Below, piece by piece: positions 11,953 through 23,431 of a stretch of 64,000 nt of DNA. Within the stretch, counting starts at the first letter, position 1. Every line of letters begins with the position of its first letter. Source of the stretch: Catajapyx aquilonaris (taxonomy: Eukaryota); the NCBI GenBank assembly GCA_000934665.2, contig KZ537985.1:62001-126000 (forward strand), in the 5' to 3' direction. Made by a program: the position numbers and the translations under genes. The notes under the pieces are model-generated. The model saw only the letters and a list, made by a program, of their open reading frames with translations. It had not been told where the DNA came from and searched no databases.

Positions 11953-14106
11953 ATGGACAGCCCTCACCAGGACGGCGGCAGGAAGGAGAATGAATCGAAC
12001 ACGGGTGTTAGCCTCACGTCCTCGAAGAGAAGGAAAGGAAAGCGCAGGTCTCATTTGTACCCACGTCCTCCTAGTGAAGAAGAAGCAGCACGACGTCTGC
12101 TGCTCAAGAAAATGTTGCATGATGCCAGGAATCCAAGTATAATTCTAGCAATTAATTTCTTGATCATCCCTAGTAACAATTTGTCTCTTCAGCACTATGG
12201 CGCACTCCGATGGGCGAGTTTATACCGGTGGCTGGAGGTGGTCCGCTGACTTCGCTTGGTAAGCCATGATGTCACAATGCAATGAATGTACCTAAAAGTC
12301 TTCTTTATATATACAGCTTTCCCATTACCTGCTGGTCTCAACTACAAGCCGAAAGTAAATTCATCCAAACCGGCTCCACCTGGCTTCATATTGACCGCAC
12401 GTGCAAAACAAACTGGTATGATAATGTCACCTTAAGCAGACATTCTCAGAAAATTTGTTGGCTTTCCAGACAGAACCGTCGGACCAGGTCCAGCTGCATA
12501 TGATACCATACAGTGGAAAAAAGAAATCAAAAAGCCACCACTAGCATTTGCAATGTCCTTGTCACGTCTTCCTGTACATATTGACAAAGACATACCTGGG
12601 CCAGGAAAATACAACCTTCAAGATTATAGGAATGTGGGAAAAGATGCACCAAAGTACACTATGGGTCTCAAGTATGTCTCCTACATATGAGCCAAAAGTC
12701 ACATTATCACATCATGCATTGTCTTCACTTCAGAGCGAAAACCGCTGGAGGCTGCCCAAGCATGCTTGTGAAACCTGTCGATTCCGTCGGGTTTCGCTCA
12801 CCGGATACGTTGCCTTATTCGCAGAAAGAGATGTGGAAGCGGACAGGGTTGTCATACTCAATTCGGTCGAAGCACAAGCCAATCGTGTTCACAACACCTG
12901 CACCCAATCGCTACTACGTGAATAAAGAAACTAAGAGGTAGGAGGTAGACTGTCACAAATACTTGACATTGTCTCCCATATCTTGCAGGCCGCCAAAATA
13001 CACTATGAGCATAAAGGCTATGAAGAGCTGCCTGGACCCACCATTTGACCAAAAAGTATTTCCAGCTCCAAATGCTTACAACGTACCTACCACTCTGAGA
13101 GGAAAGCCAGGTAAAAGTATATATTCTCGACGGTTCCCGCGAAAACTGGGAAAGCAGCCAGACTTCTTCACATACAAGTAAGTGATGCGCACTCGGTTGC
13201 ATCAACAATCATGTAACCCACCATTTGTTTCAACAGAATTGATAGGAGCATGCAGAAGGGTGGTTTTAGCATGACATTCAAACCCTTCGAGTTAACTCCA
13301 CAGCCTCTACCTCCTCCCAACCAGTACTTCCAGGTACCAATCCTGCCTCGAGGGACACACAAACCTGGAGTCTCAATACAGTCACGTCATCCGCCAGCAG
13401 AATCAAACAACATTTCCAACCCTCCACCAAACATGTAAGCACCTAAACTTTGACGCAAAATTGTACATCAATCAATGATACAATAATTAGAGTGCAGCAT
13501 TGCTGTGGTTATCTTGCCAATCTCTTTTCTGTTTGTCATTGCAGATACAGGATCCCACCAACCTTGGGTAAGCAAGGAGGATACATTGGGAAACCCATTG
13601 AAATACAGACAGCGCCAATCCCAGGCCCCAATGCATACAAGACGGGCAATTACATCAAGATCAATAAGAAGAGGAACCCTGCATACTCTATAGGGTCCGC
13701 CATTGCAACCAAGTACAGTGAGTACCTCTGTGAATATGGGCAGCTTATTGAAAATCAGCTTCGACATCAAGAAAAATCTGCTAGCCAGTTGCGTGATGAT
13801 TAGTCATTTTAATAATAATTACACTCTATATCCACAGTCACGTATGGTCCTGGCCCAGCAGCATACGACACGATTTCTCAACCAGGAGCTGATGTCCCCG
13901 CATTCACGATGAGGCCTAAGTTGCTACGTGAGAAGAAAGATCTCGGGAAGGATGAACAACCCAGTCCAGCTGTCTATGCATTGGATCCCAAATGTCTCAG
14001 GAGTGGACTAAACAAGCCAGATGGAGCTACACTGAAGTCTCGTGCCACTCCCTTCATCTATTCTGGCCTGATAAGCAAGGTGTATGAAGAGGAGAAGCCA
14101 GAATGA
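11953..14106 (+). CDS. ODF3/CIMAP1-like SHIPPO (PGP)-repeat protein, copy 1 (9 exons)
   Basis: The spliced ORF MDSPHQDGG...RNP|TLWRTPMGEF...|AFPLPAGLNYKP...|DRTVGPGPAAYDT...IPGPGKYNLQDYRNVGKDAPKYTMGLK|... has repeated PGP/PAP-x-x-Y and P-x-[YF][ST][MI] motifs and ends ...GATLKSRATPFIYSGLISKVYEEEKPE*. Exons: 11953-12136, 12193-12258, ~12317-12415, ~12470-12670, ~12734-12937, ~12989-13177, ~13237-13434, ~13544-13717, 13838-14106. Confidence 0.85.
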
Positions 14107-14712
14107 AGTGAACTGGCTGTAGCCATGTTCGGATAACATTATTGCTGTGGCTTCAAAGTGGTTCTATAATCACAGGCAGAAATTACCAGTACAATTAAAA
14201 TTTATTGCAGGAATATATCAATGACAAGTTTTGCATTATTTCTCTTGGTTCACCTTCTAGGACAACTGCAATCTATGAAATGCATAGAATAGTGAAGAGC
14301 AGCAGGTTATTATTTAAATACACAGTTCTTCATTATTTTGGTCTTGTAGGGAGAGCATGTTCAATACAGGCTTATTAATGTGTGTGACATCTCAGTCATT
14401 AAACATGAAACCCTTGTTTATAGAAGCGTAACTGTAAGTCAATACACAGTTTTACTTTCACTGCATGATGTTCTTCACATAATGGCACTCACAATAAATT
14501 TGCAATTCTCACACTTATTTACATGCCTATAGTTGTACAGTGCAGTTGTGCAGTGTCATGTAAAATGCAAGTCCGTAACTTCACCTACAGTTACACAAAG
14601 CGTATAAAATCTACGGTACAATGACCATTAGCAGAACATTTGAAGACTGCAAGCATTACCTGGAGTAGCATTGCATAATTCAGGTACATTTTTCTCAAGA
14701 ATCTAGCCTCCT

Positions 14713-16777
14713 CTATTCCAATATCCCTTGATGTTTGTGCTCTTCTCTGTGCTTTTCTGCATATTTTCTCACCGCTTCCCTCACAGCAGCAATGGTCACA
14801 TATGGATCCGTGTTAATGTTGTATGCCTGAAATACAAGATCAGCATACAAGTCATCTTCACTCACCTGTCAGTTATAAAATACTGTAATAACTTTCTAAC
14901 CGTGTACAACTCAAGTGCACCAACATCACTCCTGACGCTGCTGCAGTCTCCTCTGGTTCCAGCCCTAATCACAAAAGGCAACCCAGCTGCCTTCTTGTCA
15001 TCATTCATGCCCAACACTGGAAGGGCAACTCCAACACTGAAGCAGACTTTCTTCAAATTTTCGAAGTATGCCTTCAGGACGTAAAAGAATAGTCGGAATA
15101 TGTTTCCATCTGCTTCAGAACTCAGGATGAAGACTTCGTGATCTTTCACAGCATTCTGCAAAGGATATGAACATACACTGGAGGTGGCCATTGCAAACTA
15201 ACAATCAGCCTACCAGTGGTACCACGACCATGGCACTTCCAAATCTGCATGTCAACCCCAGGGTGTGATGGACAGCCACAAAATCATCCCAGTATGAACC
15301 CCCAGTTTTGGCAGCATAATCAGCAGCTGCGAGTCTCATCACTTCCAATCCACCTAAGTACCTGGCGTCATTCAAGAATCCGTGTAGGTGTGGATGGATC
15401 AGACTAGCACCAGCGTGAGGCAGGTTGTCCCACACCATTGTTGGGTACACCAGTGTGCTGTCCAGCTCTCGCACTTTGGCAAACCATTTCTTGGCAGTAT
15501 CGAAGGTGTCCAGAAATTCTTCCTCGGTCAATTCGACTGGGTTGTGCGTCTTTGGAAAGAACATGCCGTTATATCCATCTATCTTGAAGATATTTGCTGC
15601 ACTGACAGAATATTTCCCTCTGATCCTGAAATTTTTTGACAATGGTGAAGTACGTGATGGTGATTACTGCGCCATACTTCACATCAAATTCCTTACCTCC
15701 CGAAAGAATCAGTAGCAGTGTTGTTTTCGTAGTTGCAAAAATCGCATGTTTCTTTGGTTTGGGCAGCCAATGAATTAATGTAATCCAAGGGATCACGACC
15801 GTCAGTCTGCACAGGCCTTTTCGACCGCAGTGGGTTGTACAGTGTGTGCTCCTTTGTGAACTTGTTATACACATGAATAACGTGCTGTCATGAAAATATG
15901 AATTTATTATTATAGCATCTAACTCGGAATACTATACCACATGATCACTAACCTGATTCTTCACTTCCTCATAAAGCATCGAATTATTTCCAAGCCACAA
16001 TTTCACTCGGGGTTCTAATGGCTTAGGAAATACTAATTTTGCTGAGCGTACAGAGATATCAAAAATGCCAAGAAATCTGGCGTAAAGTTCAACGCATTCA
16101 GTCCGGTTTCCTTCCTTCCAGACTCTCATGTTTTCAGGCAGATGAGATATGCCTTCTCCCAATTTATCAGCAAGGCAGAGGTCATCTGGATGAACCTGTA
16201 TAAGAACATCATATAAACTGTACTATATAGGCTGGTTAGTTTCGGTAAGCATATTCACAAATGCAGTAATGTATAATCCCTATCGCGAATATTAACAAGG
16301 TCAAACGTCGTAAGTTGCCCCCCCAGAATATATCTTGCTCAAACAAAAATGTTTGCACGCGATAAGATCTTGCTGGTCACAGAAGACTTGCCAGATAAAA
16401 ACGGTTGACAAAACGTACAACGTATTAAATTTTTTCTAGAAATATCACAGTGACTTTGTGCCCCCGGAAAGCAGGGTGAGTTCTATGATAATTACCATAT
16501 CATCACAAAAATTTTAATTCCCCGTTTCGTTCATTATATAAATCACACTTACGTTGTAAGCCAGGTGGCCCTCGTGGTCACTGTATCCCTTGATGGGTTC
16601 TCTTCTGCTCTGACGATCTCTTGACCCGAAATACGCAAACTGGTAAGTCCATGATCCACTGTCAATTGACTCAATTCTATTTTCAAAAACTGTGAGCACC
16701 ACCAGAAGCAGTGCTGTGAAGCCAACAGCCGCGCAGATCCATCTCCTAAACACATATGTGCTTATCCATTTCCACAT
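14713..16777 (-). CDS. Uncharacterised type II membrane protein with HIT/GalT-like nucleotidyltransferase/hydrolase domain (6 exons)
   Basis: N-terminal signal-anchor MWKWISTYVFRRWICAAVGFTALLLVVLTVF. Motifs: YNPLRSKRP, CDFC, HNP and WDNLPHAGASLIHPHLHGF. C-terminus SDVGALELYT|AYNINTDPYVTIAAVREA...GILE*. Exons: 16553-16777, ~15953-16195, ~15697-15885, ~15214-15625, ~14901-15156, 14713-14827. Confidence 0.82.
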
Positions 16778-16891
16778 GCCTATAAAATAAATCTCCAACA
16801 GGCTACTTAACAGACCACAATTGGTTTTACCGGAATCAGAAATGTTATGGCCAGCTAGTAAGAAGCACTCTAATCATGATGTCGTCATGTC

Positions 16892-16930
16892 TGACGTCAT
16901 CACATGCCTTTCCAATGAGGGGCGGTCACT
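16892..16930. promoter_or_regulatory. Proximal promoter cluster (CRE, CCAAT, GC box) upstream of the HIT-like gene
   Basis: TGACGTCA at 16892-16899, CCAAT at 16912-16916 and GGGGCGG at ~16919-16925, all 115-150 bp from the ATG. Confidence 0.4.
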
Positions 16931-17272
16931 GATGTCAGATATTGAAACTTGGCAACTAACTCAGCAACGACAACCTCTCAAGCAGAATAGTAAATAACAC
17001 ATATCCGTCAAAGACACTCAGGTAAAACCGGAACTCAGTGGCTTGTGACTTACTTTGCAAAAAGTGGACCTCCAGATGAAGCTTTCACTTCTCAAGGCAC
17101 ATGGTGCAAGATTTGAGTCGTGACGAAGGGAATTGCATCCTTGCAGCAGAACGTAAGTGTGATTTAATCTTGACTCATCGTAAGCACGACTGGAGAAAGC
17201 GCTCAAGGTCTCCAGCATGTGATATGTGATTGCCTTAGCTGATTATTTTCCAATAAGACCCTTCCCGCGATG

Positions 17273-17318
17273 CGACTTCCAATAGACTACCGGTACGTTG
17301 GTAGTCTATTAGAAGTCG
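17273..17318. repeat. Inverted repeat / hairpin
   Basis: CGACTTCCAATAGACTACC-8nt-GGTAGTCTATTAGAAGTCG (19-bp arms, 1 mismatch). Confidence 0.75.
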
Positions 17319-17420
17319 ACAGCACCCAGCAGTGGGTTTACTCGTTTACAGCATTCCACGTATATTTATGCCAAAGTCGTCATGGTAATTCGAGAGCCTC
17401 TCTAATAATTGTAATGCGTA

Positions 17421-17768
17421 TAGGGATGTGCTATATTTCGATACATCGACTGTCGATACGATATTTCGATACATCGACTGTCCATACGATATTTCGATAC
17501 ATCGACTGTCGATACAATATTTCGATACATCGACTGTCCATACGATATTTCGATACATCGACTGTCGATACGATATTTTCCTAATATCGAAGTTGCGATA
17601 TCCGACGTTTGGCATGTGCGATGTATCGAATATCGCGATTTTTCGATACCGGTTCGATTTCGGTTTTCGCTTTTTTTCGGTATTTTCCGATGTCGGTTTT
17701 TCGATTTTCGATATCTCGACTTCGATTCGATATTTTTTCAGTATCGAAAGTCGAAGATCGGATATCGT
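17421..17768. mobile_element. hAT-type MITE copy (truncated at right end) with internal 28-bp tandem array
   Basis: Starts TAGGGATGTGC and is the reverse-complement homologue of 43400-43617. The unit ATATTTCGATACATCGACTGTC[CG]ATAC[GA] is repeated 5 times at 17433-17578. Confidence 0.8.
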
Positions 17769-18349
17769 GAATCAGTAACGGCGATTACTGCAGGAGGAGG
17801 AATAGCGCATAATCCCGTCCCGTCCTCCACTCTGGTACGGTGATAGGAACGCACCCTCATTTGCATAAAAATAAATCAAAGATGGCCGACTGATTGCCTT
17901 CAAGTGTCTCTTGTGAATGGAACAAATTTCCACACGTGTCATTAACTGGGTTTTGTTTGGTTGGAACAGAGTTGGAGGAACTCTTCCACCTTCCCCTCTC
18001 CACACATCATCCTTGACATCATCACTGGAGGAGGGGTGGACTGGCGTCAAGTGAGTGTGCATGGAAAGGGTGAGCGAAGGATGACCTGACCTGCCTTTCT
18101 TTGTGTTGCAGGGCCATGTCTTTGATCCTGAGGATAAAGAGGGAAGAGGGGCAGGAGGAAGATGGGAACATCGCAGTGGAGGAGACGTGGAGGTTCTAGT
18201 TGAAGGAGGAGACCCCACATATCTGCCCACATATCTTGCTTTGATGATGACTCGACTCTCATGGAAGACACCCCTGCGTGAGATCAAGTAGGAGCCAGCA
18301 GAGGAGGTGAAGGAGATGGAGGTGGCCATGCTGTGGAATATGACCTGAT

Positions 18350-18597
18350 TACTTTCAGTGGGGCTTAACATCGGCCTATTTCTGCCTCTAAGGCTCAACA
18401 CCGACGCCAGGGGGTGGTCCTCCTCCTGGAAATTTGGCCACTCTGGGGATCTTTAACGTGCACTCGCACAATGTCACAAGCACACGGGACCAACGGCTTT
18501 ACTTCCCCTCCGAAGGAAGGCGCACTCTCACTTTTCTACCACCCAGAGAAAAGTCACCGACCTCGGCGGGGTTCGAACCCACAACCGTGGGACCAGG
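18350..18597 (-). mobile_element. 5'-truncated tRNA-derived SINE with Nin/Deu-like core
   Basis: The minus strand has a B-box GGGTTCGAACCCC. It is followed by TCCTTCGGAGGGGAAGTAAAGCCGTTGGTCCCGTG...GTGCACGTTAAAGATCCCC, which resembles the Nin-domain core from memory, and a tail ...GATGTTAAGCCCC. No A-box is present. Confidence 0.7.
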
Positions 18598-19267
18598 TGG
18601 AATATGACCCTTTGGCAGTTGGTTCTGGAAGGATTAGTGGGGTATGTCATCTCACAAATATATGAAATGTAATTATTATTAGAGTCAAATCACACCACAA
18701 ATCAGATATCCAAATTAGACACCCAGGCTTGGAAGGTGTTTTGGAAATTTACAGATTGTATGTGTTCAGTGTACATTGCGATGTACAGGGTGTTTCTTAC
18801 TAGTATGGCCTGTAGCGTATTCCTTGGGCCAAAACAAGTCAAAAATGTAGGCAGGATGAATGTCGAGGGACCAACTGTTAAAGGGGTAGGCGACCAGAAA
18901 CATTGGCCAGTGTGGTTGTCTAAGGAGCAGGATATGAGTGGTGATAATAATTGGTTCTGTGAAATAGTAGCTTTATTTCCAATAAGGTATTACATCATAT
19001 GGAAAGACTTTCACCTCATTATAATATAGCCTAACGTTGCAAAAATTCAATTTTCTAATTACTAAACAAAAAAATTTATACAGACAGTGATAGCGAATTC
19101 ATTGAAGGCTATGATCATATACCTATAGATTTTTTGACACTGGTTGCCAGTTCCAAATTGAGGATTATCAAGTCAAAATTAGTCGAAAATGAGTGCATTT
19201 GACCAAGCCATAATATTCTATGCTAGTGAAACTATGCTAGTGAAACTATCTTCTGAGATATATGTAA

Positions 19268-19776
19268 AGGCCTGTTTCCGTCGGCATAATTTTTGTTGTG
19301 GAAAAAATTTATGCCAGAACAATAATTGTTCTTCGACTCTATTTCGATTCTATTTTTGCTGAACAACAATCGGGAAGGAAACATAATTTCAGCATAATGT
19401 TCAGCAAAAATAGACACCTGTTCCAACCAGGGCAATATTTTTGTTATTTTCACAAAAAAATAAATAAAATTGAGCTCTCGGAAGGGAGCACACGACTTGG
19501 CACACGACGTTCCGAATGTAATTTATTTAAACTGAACGACGGTCCGAAAATTGTTTAGCTTAATTTAACCGTCAATTGTGCTTGAATAATCGCAAAATAA
19601 CTCCGATAAGTCCACCGCGGTTGACCATCATGTATTTCCATTTTGTGCCGGGCACAATTATTTCGTTTCAAGTTCAAAATTTTGTACTCTAGAATAATTC
19701 CAGACTCTTTGATTTTGTGCTCAATTTTTGTTCTTTTCTTTTTGTGCTCAAAAATTATTCAGGTGGAAACAGGCCT
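19268..19776. mobile_element. PIF/Harbinger-type MITE
   Basis: TIRs AGGCCTGTTTCC...ATAATTTTTG / CAAAAATTAT...GGAAACAGGCCT. TAA flanks both sides (19265-19267, 19777-19779). Confidence 0.85.
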
Positions 19777-20028
19777 TAACTAATTTTTGACAAAAAGTGG
19801 ACCTTGATCGTTCTTCCACCGAGGTCTTCATAATATAAGTATGGAAAAGTGTTTGCAGTTTTGTCCTGCATACTGTTCCCATTAAAATGAATAACTGCTC
19901 AAGAGGCTACCGTCCTAGCATCCACATCCATGTTCTTATGTGATTAATAAAAGTGATGTCTGCATGTTTCATAATGCAGTATGTGTATGTATGCTTTAAT
20001 TACCTGCAAGTATCCCGTATCTTAAAAC

Positions 20029-20104
20029 ATTCACCGAACATTCACCGAACATTCAGAGTATGTGCTGAATGTTCTGTGCACATACTCTGAATGTTCACTG
20101 AATG
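20029..20104. repeat. Hairpin built of GAACATTCA-type units
   Basis: GAACATTCAGAGTATGTGC (20047-20065) is perfectly inverted at 20078-20096. Confidence 0.7.
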
Positions 20105-20405
20105 GTGCATGGCATAGGTAAAAGTTATAATTGCTGAGCTTATAACAGGGCAGAGACATAGCCTGCAGATGGCAATTCAGCCGATTGATTTGATTTGATT
20201 GATTGATTAAAATATTTTTCACTCTATGTCCACAAATAATGCCTCCCAGCTGTTTCGGCCCACTACATGAGGACTGGCCTGCTCCTCCTTGTCTGCGGCA
20301 ATAATTCACCACTGCCCCGCGAATGAATCCTCTATTTTTGCGCATTATTTCGTGCCTAATGCCTAGTGACCAGAAATGTAGTTCTGAAGCAATACAAATG
20401 GTGAC

Positions 20406-20673
20406 CAAAGAGTTCTGCTATAATATCCTAGAGGAAGTACTCCCTATCCTTTCCTATTAGCCAGGCTGAAGCAGCCACCAACTTTATTCAAGTAAATATT
20501 GTCGTTCAATTCTAACAGTTGTCTAGCAACTGGGACAACAACCAATAATGACAACACTGGGACAACAATTAGTCCAATAATGTCATCTTTACTCGGGTAA
20601 TATTGTTTCCTGCCTCACATTTCACCCAGAGTGCTCTCTCTAGGTAAATTATATATTATAGCAGAACTCTTTG
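20406..20673. mobile_element. MITE with 8-bp TSD (hAT or P superfamily)
   Basis: TIRs CAAAGAGTTCTGCTATAAT / ATTATAGCAGAACTCTTTG. Perfect TSD ATGGTGAC at 20398-20405 and 20674-20681. Confidence 0.9.
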
Positions 20674-20839
20674 ATGGTGACAGACAATCACTAATGGCAG
20701 TTACCAGGCTATTTATATTTTATACCAGGTCCACGCGCTTCCGTGGAGAAGCCAAGAAAAATGAATCGAGTTACTTCCTATTCATTCCAGTATGAGGAAG
20801 GTTTCCTGATGTCACGCACATGGCGAAATGTGTGGTTAT

Positions 20840-20889
20840 TTCACCCATGGCAACAAGAACAATAACAACAGCTGGTCTGCCAAGGTAAC
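20840..20889 (+). promoter_or_regulatory. Two X-box-like RFX sites upstream of ODF3-like copy 2
   Basis: TTCACCCATGGCAAC (20840-20854) and GTCTGCCAAGGTAAC (20875-20889), ~85-135 bp before the ATG at 20976. Confidence 0.45.
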
Positions 20890-20975
20890 CAAGTGTTGAT
20901 TTAAAAAACTTCATTGTCGAGTCACCCACTGTTCAGAAGAGAGGAAGCTCCAGATAGCTCCTTAATCGCGGCAAC

Positions 20976-23431
20976 ATGGAGAGGTTATTAGAAAGTGAAT
21001 TGTCACAGGCGGAGTTCAATCTGTGTGACCCCTCGGGCATGGGTCTGGGTCTCAAGAAGATCGCCCATCAGAAACCACCAAAGCCCAGGGGCAAGCTCTA
21101 CCCGGAACCATCCCAGGACCCAGTGGTAAAGCAGAGGAAGATAGTCATGAAAGCAGTTCTTGCTGGAAGGAATCCAAGTAAGAGGCAGTTCATTTACATT
21201 TGGTCATACATAAACAGATGCAGATTAAATCATTTACAACTGCATATGTTCACCAGCACTATGGCGCACTTCAATGGGCGAGTACATACCAGCAATTGGA
21301 TGTGGTCCCCTGACCTCGCTGGGTGAGTCCCTTAGTTTGTATATTTCCCAGAAAAAGCCTTGATTTCCCTTTCCACCGTTGCAGCCCTTCCACTACCAGC
21401 TCCCACCAATTACATGCCAAAATATCATTTGGTCAAGCCAAATCCACCAGGATTCACGATTCCAAATCGACCAAAACGAAACGGTACGAGAATCACACAC
21501 ATAAGCAAGAAGGAGTACCAGTACTCCAATATCCAAATGGCTTTGACTATTGTGCGAGGGTTCTTGCATATGTGCTAACAATTTTTTTTTTGCTAATCAG
21601 ACACAACCATAGGACCAGGTCCAGCAGGTTATGACATTCAATGGGGTAAGAAGAGTAAAAAGCCAGAACTGTTCACCATGCCCTTACATTGCTCCCATTA
21701 CCAAGCTGACCAAGTCAGTCCTGGCCCAAATGCCTACAATACACAGCAACACAAGGGTACAGGAAAGGATGGACCCAAATTCTCAATTGGTCTCAAGTCA
21801 GTTCCAGTTCAACACTATAATATTGTTTCTGCAAATTGAGTTGCCATCACCAGAAATCATCCATGCTTGCAAATTTTGATTTTTCTCCTATGTTCTTCCT
21901 TCCAGGGTTAAAGTTCCAGGAGGTCATCCCAGCCGACTCATAAAGCCAATTGATACACCTGGGTTTCGTGCCCAACCTAACCTGTATAAGCAGAATAACT
22001 ATTTATGGAAGCAACGAGGGGCGGAATTCTCATTCCAGGGAAAACATAAGGTGAATGTTTTCACGACACCTGCCCCCAATCGTTACCATGTGGAAAAAGA
22101 AACAAAAAGGTAGGTCTTGTAATTTTGTTGCATGATGTTGCATCAGCCTAATAAAAGGGAAGTGACAAAATATCTTCATTATCTCACAGGCCACCAAAAT
22201 ACACCATGAGTGTACGGCATTGTAAGAGCTACTTTGAACCAACATCCGACCAGACAAATCATCCAGCTCCAAACAATTATATTCTTCCTTCCACATTAAA
22301 ACTAGAGCCTGGGAAAAGTTTGTACTCTCGGCGGGAGGTACGCAGTCTGGAAGAGAGACCCGACGTGTTCTCCTACGTGTAAGACTCACATTCTTACCAG
22401 ATTACATAGTTTACAGTTTCAGTTCTCTTTGCAATCATGATACCATGTTTTCAACAGCATTCCTAGAGAAATAAAGGAAGGTGGTCACCAGATGACATAC
22501 AGACCCTTTGATCCGCTGAACCCTCCTCGACACCCAGCTCCCAACCAGTACTTCCTGAAACAAACTTCACTCTATGGCCATGTGACACACAAGCCTGGCT
22601 GTACGCTCAAGTCACGCCTTCCTAAGCCATACACCGAAATCACCCCTGCACCCGGGGAGTAAGTTCATTCAGATATACTTGGATTGAGTACTTGACTTCA
22701 AAGTAACCTGTCACAGTCGATAAATATAGCCTATTTCTTTAATTTGAAATAATTTTACTATTCTGTTCACTCCCTGGAAATCTTATCAACACAGTTATGA
22801 AATCCCACGACCAGTTGGTAATGAGCGTGCAGGATATATGGGACTACGGTCTGAGAAAGAGTCGCAAGATCTCCCAGGACCAGACGCTTACATGACGGAT
22901 AATTATAGCCAAATCAGAAAGAAGAAGGAACCTGCATACACTTTTGGATTAGCACACAAGAAGGCAATGCCCAGTGAGTAATTTGCAAAATCATGGTGTC
23001 AGTTAGATGCAGTGGGGTAGTGCTGATCTCTAATGTATGTTAAGTATGCAATGCAAGTTCAGTTTCAAAATCCCAATTTTCAATCACCTACCCAGACAGT
23101 CACATGATAATACACTGTGCCAAATACATTTTCAAATAAACTGTAGCCAGCCATGACAAGCATAGAACTTAGTTTAAATATTGTTTCTTCATCCCTAGCC
23201 ACACCTAGTCCTGGGCCAGCCACGTACACCACATATCGTACCGAACGTGGCCCTGCTTACACAATGAGAGTTAAGATCATGCCTAAGAAACCAACTGATA
23301 AGGTGCCTGGACCTGCATCCTATAAACTGAACCCTGCATGTAACAAGAATGGAGTCAAGAAGCCAGTTGGAGCCACTCTCAAGTCCCGGGCCACACCCTT
23401 CCTCTACACTGGCCTCACAGAACGACACTGA
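20976..23431 (+). CDS. ODF3/CIMAP1-like SHIPPO (PGP)-repeat protein, copy 2 (9 exons)
   Basis: Same exon layout as copy 1 (e.g. the 66-nt exon 2 at 21257-21322). Motifs GPGPAGYD, PGPNAYN, TPAPNRYH, PSPGPATY and VPGPASY. Ends GATLKSRATPFLYTGLTERH*. Confidence 0.85.

Noticed and set aside
17270..17843. Overlapping ORFs with repeated peptides (ISIHRLSIRYFDTSTV)
   Set aside because: Artefacts of the 28-bp tandem repeat within a MITE.
17772..18401. 209-aa minus-strand ORF
   Set aside because: Low-complexity S/P-rich translation with no recognisable domain, starting inside the SINE tail.
18560..18600. tRNA gene (GGTTCGAACCC)
   Set aside because: Only a B-box, with no cloverleaf or A-box. It belongs to the SINE head.
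18783..19200. Tc1/mariner-like end TACAGGGTG (similar words at ~29776, ~47261, ~52621)
   Set aside because: No matching partner TIR or transposase remnant could be identified by eye.
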